Shown here piece after piece: positions 13,231-25,258 of a DNA stretch of 64,000 nt (within the stretch, counting starts at the first letter, position 1; each line of letters opens with the position of its first letter). The DNA is taken from assembly GCA_048013815.1 (NCBI GenBank), contig CM106586.1, positions 11,098,001 through 11,162,000 of the forward strand, in the 5' to 3' direction. Made by a program: the position numbers and the translations under genes. The notes beneath the pieces were generated by a model. The model was given only the letters and a program-made list of their open reading frames with translations, made no database searches and was not told where the DNA came from. The stretch is from Setoptus koraiensis (Eukaryota; Animalia; Arthropoda).

Positions 13231-14697
13231 TTAGTCGATCTTGAGCCTACGAGCAAAGTCCTCCTGTTGTTTCTCTCTCCATTCTGTCTTGGCTAGTGTC
13301 CTCTTCAATTGACCATCCCAGGCTAAGTCAACAAGGCCACCCTGGTGGGCAATCTTCGATTTTACTCTACTAGCAAACTCTGCTGATGTTTCATCCTTCA
13401 AGCGATACATAGGTGGCAGGTACCAAACATCACATTTAATTGCCCAACTCGACATCATAAGAAATAGATAGTGCATGTAGCCTTGTTTGGAACTATTCCA
13501 AAATGGATCACCAAATCTAGAATCGTACTTGATGGCCACCGGGCAAACTTTGTTGCTTGCCTCAAAACTTCCTTTTTTAAACATCATCACTGCTGAGTTA
13601 TTTATACAGGTCCCTTCGGGAAAGATAAGGATGGGCAATTTGTTTTTGTCATCAACGTGCTCTTTAATCCTATCCACAACCAATTGACGATCACGCATCT
13701 CACTACGTTCAAACCATACATGCGAGGCAGCTCGCGATAGAGCACGCTCCAATATTCCAATAAAGCCGCCATGACGTTGTCCTACCAAGGCATAACAATT
13801 GTCACAAGCAAGAACAACAACATCTATGGGCGACGTGTGGTTGGCAACACAAATATCGCCACATTTTGCTCTATATTCACGATTGTGAAATTCAAGTGTC
13901 GCCGTTATACCACAGGACAACATTCGGAAGCACATTAGACTGACATGCCAGTAAATTTTGCTGCGTATCGGCTCTGGGAAGCAACCAACCAAAATAGTTG
14001 AAATCTGAAGAATAATCATACCTGTAAATGTGAATATAATACGTAATGGCATAAACACAACATAACGTAATAGAAAACCAACTGACCACGATACAGCCAA
14101 TCGTATAGAATGAAATTGATAATTGCGTCGACTGTTACGTGTCAACAAGTTCCATGATGACAATTCTTCGGTATTGAAACACTTAGTTACTTGATCGTCT
14201 ACAATAGCGGCAAATCCCTTACTGACTAGTGTGCATGCTTCAGGTATTGTAAATTCATGTTGTTGGCATTCGCCATTATCGTGCTCGCCTAATAGGAACA
14301 CCGGCGGCTCTGGTAACTGGTGCACGTTGATGTTGTTATGTTCGTTATTCTTGTGAAGATTTTGGCTTATTACATTGGTCTTCCTTTTAGAGGGGCTCAC
14401 ACTTGATGTGTTAGAGGCATTTGTTGGTGGTGAGTTTATTTCTGTTTTGTTGGTATCGGCTTTTTTCTCGGTGTTTTTATTATCATCGCAACTATCACCG
14501 TCATCATCTTCGTCATCCTCATCGTCTGTACGCTCAATCTCTACTTGCTGTATTCGTTGTCGACCAAACTCAAATAAAGCATCCAGAAATTTGACATATC
14601 CATTAATTATACCAAAACTCCAACCAAAGGCTGATACAATGAGCGTGGTTACTGTCACCAGACAATAGAATTGCAATATATAGGTGAGTATACTCAT
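13231..14697 (-). CDS. GPAT4: Glycerol-3-phosphate acyltransferase 3/4 (AGPAT9/AGPAT6 family), intronless, 488 aa
   Basis: Acyltransferase motifs NHTSPID (HxxxxD), VWFERSE and IFPEGTCINN; also FKKGSF, YDSRFGDPFWNS and WDGQLKR. N-terminal and central TM segments. GPAT3 and GPAT4 cannot be separated by eye. Confidence 0.95.
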   Translation of the reverse strand: MSILTYILQFYCLVTVTTLIVSAFGWSFGIINGYVKFLDALFEFGRQRIQQVEIERTDDEDDEDDDGDSCDDNKNTEKKADTNKTEINSPPTNASNTSSVSPSKRKTNVISQNLHKNNEHNNINVHQLPEPPVFLLGEHDNGECQQHEFTIPEACTLVSKGFAAIVDDQVTKCFNTEELSSWNLLTRNSRRNYQFHSIRLAVSWSVGFLLRYVVFMPLRIIFTFTGMIILQISTILVGCFPEPIRSKIYWHVSLMCFRMLSCGITATLEFHNREYRAKCGDICVANHTSPIDVVVLACDNCYALVGQRHGGFIGILERALSRAASHVWFERSEMRDRQLVVDRIKEHVDDKNKLPILIFPEGTCINNSAVMMFKKGSFEASNKVCPVAIKYDSRFGDPFWNSSKQGYMHYLFLMMSSWAIKCDVWYLPPMYRLKDETSAEFASRVKSKIAHQGGLVDLAWDGQLKRTLAKTEWREKQQEDFARRLKID

Positions 14698-14939
14698 AGT
14701 AAATAATAATATCCCTTTATATAATATCTGCCCTTATAATGGTTATGGTGGTTGCTTGGACAGATTTCTAATAATAACGAAGAGTGATCATGTATAGATA
14801 CTATTTATGATACAAATTTCTACTATTATAAATATATATCTGTATATATATGGGGATATATATATAATATGTAGGTATGTGTAGTCATTCATATAAATAT
14901 ATACTCAGAATAATAAATACAAACAACGAAAATAATTAT

Positions 14940-15229
14940 CTATTCGTATGTGTACCAAGTGTGCTTGGGCTTGTAAACTTCAGAATAGTTCGCGAAACGA
15001 ACACTTGAGGCGCTTGGTATTCCAGATAATGTGCTATTTGCTATTAGAGTGTCTCGATAAATATCTCTATACTTTTCTTTCTTCTTGCGTAACTGCAATC
15101 CGCGAGCAAATCATCAGACCATAACAATATTTATGATAAGAATAAATGCGCAGTGCACAAAACTAATCTTACCTGCAGAGTATCGTCGTTGATTTTTAGC
15201 TGAATCCTGACAACAGAGAGCGCCTCCAT
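14940..15229 (-). CDS. Putative 69-aa spliced small ORF (exons 15229-15173 and 15092-14940); could be a GPAT uORF or the tail of a larger gene
   Basis: ATG, donor CAG|GTAAGA, an 80-nt intron (similar to the 78-79 nt introns nearby) and a TTGCAG acceptor. The phase-0 join stays open to TAG. No homology recognised. Confidence 0.3.
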
Positions 15230-16912
15230 GCGTTACTCGTCATAACTATATTCAAGTAACATTGCAATCTCCGAATTTGTTGGTGTTTGATTTGCACATA
15301 AATATGTTGTGAGTAGCATGCAATAGACTGAAGAAGAATGATTTGTTTGCTAGTGCTTAATGATCAACACTGGATATATGGAAAATTCTTATATGAAAAA
15401 TTAGCTTAATTTTGTTTATGAGAATCAACACCATAAAGCATGTGGCAGCTTGTGAGTACATCATCGTAAGCGACATCTATGGCCTTTGGTGCCGTTCATT
15501 CTACTTTTGTTGTTGTAGTGCCATAAATTGTGTTGGGATAATCCTAATGTTTGCCAATTTGTTTGATAATCTTACAAGCTTTGAGCTATTAAGAAAAGTC
15601 AAGTAGAGATAAGGCGACAGGAACTCATACGCCACCACTAATACGCGAAAACATCCGTCTTAGAGTCGATAAATGATCAATTTTGATTTTCGACATCATT
15701 CAATCGCTAGACCTACACATCATTGTGTAAATTTCAGTGTGTTAATAATGGTTAGTTTTTCTCTTCAATACCTAGCTCTCGCAGTAGCGGCACTAGCTTG
15801 AAAAAAATACTTCTCTAATATTTAACTGCTATTATGGTATTTAGTATTTATCCTCTGCCTGACCAGGATCAATCGAAAGTCCGATGCGATGCTACATAGT
15901 ATAAGTATGTCTGACTAACTCGTTGAGTATACGAATGAATAATATCTGTAAGGAGCTTACATACTTTTCCTCTTGAAACACCAAACATTTTGGTGAGCTG
16001 TGTCCTCGCAGACTGAGTTTAAATAGGACAAACGTCAATAAATTCCTCGATGAATAAAATCCTCTGATTTGACTTATGAAAATATCCATCTTTTGTATTG
16101 AACACCTTGGTTAAGCCTATCATTTCGCACATTTCCTTTGTACTCGATAGCAATGTGGGCTTTCGAGTTCATAGTTTATCAATAATGTAAAGTTTTATAA
16201 CTATTTGAATGCATGGCCAAGATATCAGTATTATAGGAGAAGCAGAACTTTTTGATCACGCACATTCGAAAGAGTATTATAGTTGAAAATTTTTCATTTA
16301 AATTCGTTGATTCAAATTGATCAGTGTGATACGATTTCTAGTCCATTTTGGTGTCCCCATTGTCTTGCATCCATCCATCAGGTAAACAACTAAGATATTA
16401 AACATAAAATCACAGACATCGCCACGGATGTATGCACGAATACTGCTGCTTCAATTTAATGCCTGAAAATCATTCGCAATCATTGATATAATATTCAATT
16501 ATATAAGACAACACACCATCTGAGAATCATGCCGCTCTTCAACCGATACATGTCTGTGCAGTATTACACATTCAATCACACAATTCAGATCAATTAAACT
16601 TTTCTCGGAAACATGATACCTATCGTATTATTAAAGTAGTCAAATATATTGATTCATCAAATTTTCTATCAGTGAAATAAACCTTCCAGAAACTTACAAA
16701 ATACGATACCATAGATGTGATGAAACGAGTCGCACTCAAGGTAACAAGCATGCAAGTCAACATGCGTATGTACGCCTGTTAACGCTTTGAAAGTTTTGTA
16801 TATCTTTTACTTATTGCAACTTCATTACGTTTATTTTAAGGTAGAATACCAAATCTCGTCAACACTTGAAGAAACAATCAGATGAAGATTAGTATATCAA
16901 TTTAGATATGCG

Positions 16913-18919
16913 TCATCTGAATTCATAGACTTGCGTTGAGTGTTGACCAGCATGACAAAGCTCTAGTGATTGAAATTTTTCAGTCTGGCGGTGGAAATAA
17001 TATCCACTTATTTCACCTTTAAGTTTCGAGAAACAAGTATAGTAGAACCCAGCGAAACTAACACCATCTACGTGCGTGACAGTGTGGTCAGGCACCAAGA
17101 AACTTTCTTTCCACCTCATGTAAATGTTGTCTGCGTCCTGCACGACGTCATGATCGAAGCTGTCATTATTGAAATCATCAGCGTATTTAAGTCGGAACTC
17201 TGGAAATTGTGACCAATGTTCCCGGTCCAAATCCTCGTCAACATCCCATTTTCTTGTGAGGAAGGGATGCTTTTTCGATATAATCTCGCCGTTGAAGAAA
17301 GTGGTTAGACAAGGGTTCTTGTCAGTGAGATTTCTTATAGTCATGTATCCACAAAGGTAAGAATTGTTCATGTCTACATGTTTGAGAACTACCTCAACTT
17401 GATGCTCACAATCCATAGATCTTTGTCTGCCTTTGAATTTCGAGCCCCCCCAGAATGCACTAGAGATTGTGCCAGGTTGACGTGGGCTCGTGAATGCGGG
17501 TGCACACTTGTACGGATTATAGAGTCGCTTGGCCGGTTTCAGAGGTAATGTAACCTTGAAGTTGGTTTCATCTTGGCGAATATCGGTTTTAACAGATTTA
17601 CGGGTTGATTCAATGTAATCTAAGTCATCAATTATCTCTTGATCGTCAATTTTAATACCGTTAGTTGCAATAATCTTCTCGCCTACTTCCGCTAGAGTGG
17701 AGATAGACTTGTTAAAGTTGGCTCGGATATCGATGGTATTGAAAGATGGTGAAGTTTTTTGCCAATTACTACTGCCACAAGGTGAGAAAAAAGCTGCCAG
17801 GCTCGACTGCCGGTGATTATAATTCCGGCTGAAGAAGTTGTCGTTCGGCGAAGTAGTTGGTTGGTTGTCATAACCCATTATGGAATCGTTATCTTGAACC
17901 AGAATAATAGACCTCAAACCATTTGATGACGAGGATGATTGTTGCTGGTATAGCTGGGGTTGCAGATTTTCATTTGGACTTGAACCGAATGTATTCGGAC
18001 TGCTGGAACTTGCCGGCGCTGACGGCAAATTAGAATACTGCTGGTTCCGAGTATTGTCAACCCTGTGATCATTCAAATTGGAATTTGATTGTTCTCCTAA
18101 GATGGGACTACTTATACTACTTATTGCACCGTGACTGGCATCGATAGAATTGTTGGACACATTAGATGCGACATGTTCACGAAGATCATTGCTTATTTGA
18201 TCGAGATCGGCCAAAGAAGGTTCACCTTCTAATATTTGAGAGCCGATATCAACAATAAGTTCACGTTGGCGCGATTGGTGAAGCTGCTGCCTCAATTGGT
18301 GCAGTTGCTGCTGTCGCCTCTGCCTTTGCTGGAGCTGTAGCTGCTGTAGCTGGATATCCTGCCGCTGGAGTTGTTGTTGTTGCCTCTGTTGTTGCCTCTG
18401 TTGTTGCTGTTGTTGTTGTTGCTGCTGTTGATGTCTCAAGTTATTCAATAGATGATGATGTATTGGAATAGGTGAATGTCGATTAAGTCTTGAACCAGCA
18501 ACTGTACTGGGCACACCACCGCCAAAAGATGACGACAATAAATGTTGGTTAATTCTATTGAGAAAATTGCCACTTCTATTATTTCGCTCTAGAAATTGTA
18601 TTTGCATATGTTCGTGTAATGATCTATGCTGAAGGTGAGGAAGTTGATGGATGATATTCTGTATGTGCGAATGAAAATTGTTTGTGCTATTGATAATGTT
18701 GTTCAGAGGCCGGAATTGGGATGAACTATTTTGTTGTTGATTGTGAAGTTGATGTCGTTGATCATCTAACTGTATCTGGTGTTCTGGCACAAGTTGATTT
18801 TGTGGACTATGATGATGGTAATGATTATGCCGACGATGATGGTGATTATGATTACCCATAATTAGAACCTCGTCTCCACAAGTGCAAGAATCAATGGGTT
18901 TCCATCGCACAGGCATCAT
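16913..18919 (-). CDS. GID4: GID4 (Vid24-family) Pro/N-degron receptor of the GID/CTLH E3 ligase, with a long H/Q/N/S-rich N-terminal region, intronless, 668 aa
   Basis: The C-terminal ~200 aa match the family: GSKFKGRQ, SYLCGY, TTFFNGEIISKKHPFLTRKW, YMRWKESFLVPDH, SFAGFYY and a terminal YEFR. Confidence 0.95.
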   Translation of the reverse strand: MMPVRWKPIDSCTCGDEVLIMGNHNHHHRRHNHYHHHSPQNQLVPEHQIQLDDQRHQLHNQQQNSSSQFRPLNNIINSTNNFHSHIQNIIHQLPHLQHRSLHEHMQIQFLERNNRSGNFLNRINQHLLSSSFGGGVPSTVAGSRLNRHSPIPIHHHLLNNLRHQQQQQQQQQQQRQQQRQQQQLQRQDIQLQQLQLQQRQRRQQQLHQLRQQLHQSRQRELIVDIGSQILEGEPSLADLDQISNDLREHVASNVSNNSIDASHGAISSISSPILGEQSNSNLNDHRVDNTRNQQYSNLPSAPASSSSPNTFGSSPNENLQPQLYQQQSSSSSNGLRSIILVQDNDSIMGYDNQPTTSPNDNFFSRNYNHRQSSLAAFFSPCGSSNWQKTSPSFNTIDIRANFNKSISTLAEVGEKIIATNGIKIDDQEIIDDLDYIESTRKSVKTDIRQDETNFKVTLPLKPAKRLYNPYKCAPAFTSPRQPGTISSAFWGGSKFKGRQRSMDCEHQVEVVLKHVDMNNSYLCGYMTIRNLTDKNPCLTTFFNGEIISKKHPFLTRKWDVDEDLDREHWSQFPEFRLKYADDFNNDSFDHDVVQDADNIYMRWKESFLVPDHTVTHVDGVSFAGFYYTCFSKLKGEISGYYFHRQTEKFQSLELCHAGQHSTQVYEFR

Positions 18920-19863
18920 GAAGCAGATCTTGTTAGATAGTTACGTTTGTGTGTTTATTGCAAAAGATAACAATAGAGGCCAATTTAAGGTCGGGCATCT
19001 TATGTAATAATAATAATATGTTGCGTGACTTGAGTGATTTGTTATATTTTGTTGTTAGATTGAATTGATTTGTTTAATATGCTACTTTGGTAAATATAAA
19101 CAAATTTATATAATAATAAGTGTTAGTTGTAATCACAATAGTGGAATAATTATAGATGATGATAAATATAGAGATCCATCAATGGCTGAGATAGAAGGCC
19201 TTGTACACGGCGTCTAGGAGTGAGTATTTGTGCTAGAGAGACTTTTGTAAATTGCACACACAAAAGACTACCAATGATAATAGTGGCTTAATATACTGAT
19301 AATTTTGCCGAAGATTCCTCCTGATAATGAGCTACTAAGGAGCAATGATCCCAATTTGTAGTTTGGGACTACTATCAACAATAAATATTACATAAATTGT
19401 AATAATGATGTTAGTTGATGTTAAACAAACAAAGTGTATATGTAACAATTGGGTTCATTGATTTATCATCAATAATTAGTAATCCCTCTATTTGTATAAA
19501 TACATTGACGAAAATTGTGTTATTATCTATAATAATAGTATATTCTCCTGGAAAGAGAGAAAAAATTCGATAAATTGTGTAATGCGAATGAATCTTCAAC
19601 ACCTTTAACGGATTCACATTCTGTGTGTCGCTCTTTATTTGCTCTATTTCATTCGGTTCTAGTTCAGAAAAAATGTGTTAGAGGCGCTAGCATCGCTCTA
19701 GATCTCAACTCAACATTGACACTCACTGAGAGGCCACTGCGGAATTTAATTTTACCGCTGAACAATATAATGAAATTAGCAAAAACGTGATCCTTTTTCG
19801 TATTTAGACTCCAAATTCTGGAGGTATCATATTCGGAGGACCTTAATTTTACCAATATTTACA

Positions 19864-20850
19864 ATGTCCGCGACGGAGCAAATGAGAGCCATGTTGGATG
19901 AACTGATGGGAACAGCCCGAGATGGGCATGAGTCACAAAAACAACATCTTAGTTTCACCGATCCTAGGGTTTGCAAATCATTTTTATTAAATTGTTGCCC
20001 ACATGACATACTTGCATCGACTCGTATGGACTTAGGCGAATGTGCCAAAGTACATGACCCTGCTTTGAGGGCCGATTTTGAGACAGCCAGTAAAACTCGG
20101 GACTTCTTTTACGAATTAGATGCTTTGGATCATCTGCAGTCATTCGTCAATGACGCTAATAAGAAAACTGACCAAGCGAAAAAGAGACTAGCCGAAACCC
20201 AAGAAGAGCTAACTGCTGAGGTTACCAGTAAACAAGATAAAGTCCATGAGTTAGCGGAGAAGATTGGTAAAAAATTAGCCCAAGCAGAAAAAGAAGGTGC
20301 TGAGGGTGCCATCGAACAAAGCCTCAAATGTTTAGAGGAGGTTGAGAAGATGAAGAAAGAGAAGGCTTTGGCAGAGACAGAGTATAAAAATTCTATGCCA
20401 GCTTCCAGTTATCAACAACAAAAATTGAGAGTCTGTGAAGTTTGTTCCGCTTATTTAGGTATACATGATAATGACCGCCGGCTTGCCGACCATTTCGGTG
20501 GTAAATTACATTTAGGATTTATAACTATCAGAGAAAAACTCGATGATCTCAAGGTAAGAACAATAGAATTTATATATCTCAGTCTATATATAATTTCTGT
20601 GCTAATCAATTTATATTTAATAACAATCTAGTCTGTTGTGGCGGAGAAGCGTCGCAAGGGTGGCCACTCTAGGGACAGTAATAAACATAGAGATAATAGG
20701 AGCAGAAGTAGAAGTCGTGATAGACTGGGTGGTGACTCAAACCGTTCAGGAGATAGATCACGCAGGAATCATGATAGATATGACAATCACAGAAGACGCA
20801 ATAGGTCAGACAACAACGCCAGAAGAGATGGTGGCCGCCGCTATAGCTAG
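19864..20850 (+). CDS. LUC7L: LUC7-like U1 snRNP protein, 302 aa; exons 19864-20553 and 20632-20850
   Basis: MSATEQMRAMLDELMG; ZnF1 CKSFLLNCCPHD; ZnF2 CEVCSAYLGIHDNDRRLADHFGGKLH. Donor AAG|GTAAGA and acceptor CTAG join in phase 0 to an RS/RD-rich C-terminal exon. Confidence 0.93.
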
Positions 20851-21226
20851 AGGGCTACATGTTCGTCATGTATCGTAGTTGTATTATATTGAATTTAAAT
20901 TAAAGATAAATTTATATATATGCTTACGCAGACTCTTCAGTAAACAAACTTTGGCGAGCCAACTATCTGATCTCCATCCATCAGTTCATCAGGCATCATT
21001 ACTCGGTTCTATATTGATATTATGGACTTTTCTACCACCATAAACTACTCTTATATCGATTATCGTTTGACCTACTGACAATATACCTTCATGTCTGAGT
21101 AACTACAATCTGATGTATGGTAAGATCTGCTCGATCAATTAGGGATGTCGGTCATCAAAGGTTACAAAGACTAAGTTCCAACAAGTCCTGAGCTGTGTTT
21201 ATCTGTTTTTGAAAGATTGGAAATGA

Positions 21227-21254
21227 TATAAATAGAGGCTAGCTCCCTTCATTC
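21227..21254 (+). promoter_or_regulatory. TATA box (TATAAATA, 21227-21234) and Inr-like TCATTC (21249-21254) upstream of the Gly/Tyr-rich gene
   Basis: Canonical TATA followed by an arthropod TCAKTY-type initiator, about 110 nt upstream of ATG 21360. Spacing is slightly short. Confidence 0.4.
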
Positions 21255-21359
21255 ATGATGATTCCAGTTGATCAGTTAAGAGAGGAACATTGTGCCAACG
21301 TCATATCAGTGAATCTTGTTTCTTATTTAAATAGATAATACCTCATGGAACAAACCAGG

Positions 21360-21828
21360 ATGAGCAGATTTTTTGTAAGTATTCAACGATATGGCTAATC
21401 GAGAAATACTCTAGAATTCCCTCCACTAATCACTATATTATTACAAATATCTTCGATTGTTCTGGCTCCAGGTCGCGGTTTTTTTGATGACAACCATCTA
21501 TTTGGGTCTAGTTGTCGCAAGCAAGGCCCCTGGATATCCTTACCTTGGATATGCAGGCTATGGTAGTGGCTACGGAAGTGGGTATGGTAGCGGCTACGGA
21601 AGTGGGTATGGTAGCGGTTACGGTGGCTACGGGGGCTATGGTGGATACAGCGCATACAGTCCTTACAATTACGGAGGATATGGAGGCTACGGTGCATATA
21701 GCCCATACAGTACCGCAGGATATGGAGGCTACGGTGGCTATGGAGGTTACGGAGGTTACGGGGGTTACGGAGGCTATGGCCTTGGCGGATATAGCTCGAG
21801 CTATAGTAACCAACTCTACAAAGCCTAG
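21360..21828 (+). CDS. Secreted Gly/Tyr-rich structural protein (cuticle/eggshell/cement-like), 123 aa; exons 21360-21374 and 21472-21828
   Basis: Micro-exon ATG AGC AGA TTT TTT|GTAAGT joins at CTCCAG|GTC, giving the signal peptide MSRFFVAVFLMTTIYLGLVVAS. GSGY and GGY repeats follow, with synonymous codon variation. Confidence 0.85.
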
Positions 21829-24800
21829 ATCACTAGTCGTTACAGATTTAACACTGCACAAAATAATTTAGAACCCGTAGATTCCAATCCACCTAACTAA
21901 GCAAAGAGCCACTAAAAAATTCAACAGACGCCCAATAACTCATCATTTGCAACATCTCCACTTCCATGGTGCATGATCCAAGCAACAGAGCCTCGTAATA
22001 ATTCCACACAGTCATCCAATCTAGTTCACAATAATGCAATCAATTAAACAAAGATCCAACCTGTCCGGAGAACTTGACTCTACATGGCGAGTGGGGTGAA
22101 ACCCAAAGTCAATACCAACAACATTCTTTTTGATTTGTAGAGTATCAGCAATTTTCAAACTCAGAGGTGTTACCTAGATAGTGCAGTCGAAAGTAATGTG
22201 TCGAGCACAACCGTTAGTCTTGTTCAGTTCAACATACTGCTATTATATGTAGAATTATAACAACACAAATAAAACCTTTCAGAAATGAAAATCGAAACAG
22301 TTACCATAAGGCCTTCAATCAATATATTTAGCATATTTCATGACGGTCGCATTCTTTCTTTTAATTTTACAATTCTGCCTGTTGAATAGATGATTTTGGA
22401 GAGCGAATACGCTATATTTTTTTAATTTCGTGTGCTTTTCACCCACCGAAGATATAGAAATAGATTCGCTATGGAAACCAGACATATTTTTGCATCGATT
22501 ATGTTATGCAATGAGCGACAATCTTCGCTCAAGTTGTTGTGTTGCTCCATTGTGTGTCCACCGGTGTCAATAGGAGATTGAAATCGAAACTAACAAGGCT
22601 TTAGAAGAATGAACGATGAGAAGTAACAATAGCAACATCGAGTTGACAACAGCATCGCTGGTGATGTTGGGGAATCCAGCAAATAGTAAAACTAGCTGTC
22701 GATCACACAATGCCGACGCCAACAACGAGATATCGGCCTTAGTTAGTTTTATTTGCTGCCCCCTCTCAGCAAGAACTTTCTAGCAACCGAACCAGCACAC
22801 ATAAATTGCAATCTAATCAAATCCAAGGCAGCAAATCAGATCAACGATTATATGAGTTTGTTTTATCCGAACTCTGCTCGTGCCGTGAACGAAGGTAGGA
22901 GCACGCATTGCGTGAAGCCTATATCTTATACAGCGATTGCTATCGTCATAAGTTTTGCGTATAGTGCAGCGAGGGAGCAGCCTGAATTAATTTAGCCAAG
23001 TTTAAGTAAGGCCATATCAGCATCAGCATCAATGTTTGAATACCATCGCATAAAAAGAATCGTTTTCTATGGGAATGGCCATATTTCAAACGATCGACTG
23101 TCAATTGAGGGAAGAGCCGGGCGAGTTTGTCCCCGTTTGTTGGATGCCTGTGGAAGCATGACGAGGCTGACCATTGGTCAGGGAAGCAGCAAATGAAAGA
23201 AGATAGCCATTATAATCATTACGATAATAACGAAGCCGTGGTTACTTTGTTAGCTGGTCGTGGTGGGATTGTAATAGCAGCAATAAGCGCAGCACACATC
23301 GGGTTGGTAAAGATTGATCGATAACAACAAAAGCAACAGATTTTCTCCAACTTTGCTGATGCTTTCGATTTGAAGATTAACAACAAACATGCACAAACAC
23401 ACACACACACACACACACACATACACCAACACACACCAACACAACGCACCAGCACACCAACAACACACTGCGAGTGACCGACAAAGCCCAAATAGAATGT
23501 TTATGCTTATTTGTATGGAATAATTTCGCGAAGGGTACAGCAGTGGAAGAACAGAGAAAAGAAGCAGCATCATCGCGTTCGAATTTCGAACCCCGAACCC
23601 CGAACGTTGAAAAAGAAACTTGTTGCTGTTAGCGCCGCTGGTTATGCCCAGAGATTGTGTGCTCAAGCATATAGCGGACATTGGAACTTTTTATAGCTTC
23701 TACAGGCAGATGCATCTTCTCTCTGTCTTTTTTATCTCCTGGTGCGTACTGCTGCGCGAATACGTGCACGTACTATATTTATCTACTGCTCTATTGATGG
23801 ATCCATGCGCGTACTGGCATCTCTCGTGCTCGTTGCTGCCCCAATACATAGATGCGAGTGTCATTAGGTCTGGTCTTTTTTAATCTCAATACACACACAC
23901 AAACGCATTGGTTCGTTTGTATTTATCGCCAGATATTGCCGTTGCCACATATACGACCCATAAACGATGGAGGTGTTCCCATTTTCTCGAGTATGTTTAC
24001 TCTAGTCTGCAATTGGATTTTTATCGACAATTCAAACATCGCCATAGCGACCACGAATAGTTGTTTGGTGGCAGCAGTTGAGTTGCTGGAAAACTAGAAA
24101 AACTTTGCTTGTCGAGAGATGAACGAGCGTTTGAAAAGGACACCCTTGTTGCTGGACTGTGTCTTTTGCCCACAGAGGGCGCCCCGTCCTGTAGGCTTCG
24201 GTCACCTGAACGATTAGGCATGGCTTACCTGGCACTCGAACCACCGTCATGAGTCTGCATCACGAAGTGGCTTCTCGAACTTTTTCGCTCTCCTGACCAG
24301 CCCATTCAATCGCAACACGCCAGCATTAGTTTGGGTTGAAGTTCAGCGAGTGATAGCAAGTGGCCGGCAGCAGCATCAGCATCAGCGAAGGTCCTTGGTT
24401 TTTATTGCTACCTTCTCATGTGTGCCTATCTTTCTAAACCTGTCCGCCAGTTGCTTCCATGTTTGAGTCGGCCATTTCAAGGCGACTCGGATCAATGTGC
24501 CGGCAACAACTCTGCCCGGGTGTGTGTGTGTGTGTGTTCACAATGAGACAACAAGTGTGTATGTGTATGTGTCTGACTCAGAGACTCACGAACACAAGAC
24601 GAACGAGCTCGATGTGCTGTTGTGGTTGCTCTGACGCTGGCCAGAGAAAGTAGCCAATACAAAGTTCATTCTCTCAGCTATAATCACTCTAAAAGTAGTA
24701 GAATGTGAGTGTGATTGATCTGTCTAGACTCTGGCGAAACGAATGGTTGTAAGTGAACAGACAGCGAGGAAAGCGTCTAGAGACAGTGAGCCTCACTGAC

Positions 24801-25156
24801 AGTGAGGAAAGTGTATGCGGACAGCGAGAGATCCTGTTTCATTGACACCTACAATGCGTGGCCAGCGAGAAATAACAAACAGAGCACAACAACAAGTGCA
24901 AATGGGACAGTATTGTGATTGTGAACTTGAACTTGACAGAGAGCGAGCGAGATCACCGAGCGACTTGCCAGTTCCGACTCGATCGATCCCATTGACAAGG
25001 AGCTGGTGCAAGGCTCCACAAGCTGGCCAGGGTATTATTAGTTGCGTGTGTGCGATTGCGACAAGAGGGCGAGATATTGTTTTGCGACTAGGATTGTTAC
25101 TTTGCATATTGTTGCTAACGACGCTGCTCACACCTTTTGCCGCCATGATGCAGCAA

Positions 25157-25258
25157 ATAATGATGATCGGATATGGCGACAAGCGTTTCCGATCATCATT
25201 ATCCGCGTCAGACGCAAGCAATCGGAAACACTTGTCGCCATATCCGATCACTATTTGC
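25157..25258. repeat. 30-bp-arm inverted repeat (25164-25193 / 25221-25250, 1 mismatch) with a competing 15-bp hairpin
   Basis: Arms were checked base by base. The mismatch C25184/A25230 becomes U-G on the minus strand. The alternative stem is 25157-25171 / 25188-25202. Confidence 0.9.

Noticed and set aside
21872-21882. miR-100-like AACCCGTAGAT
   Set aside because: Only an 11-nt match, with no complementary arm downstream. It lies in the 3' region of the Gly/Tyr-rich gene.
22099-22125. Hsp70/Hsp110-like VVGIDFG motif on the minus strand
   Set aside because: An isolated motif in a ~50-codon frame with no following ATPase-domain sequence.
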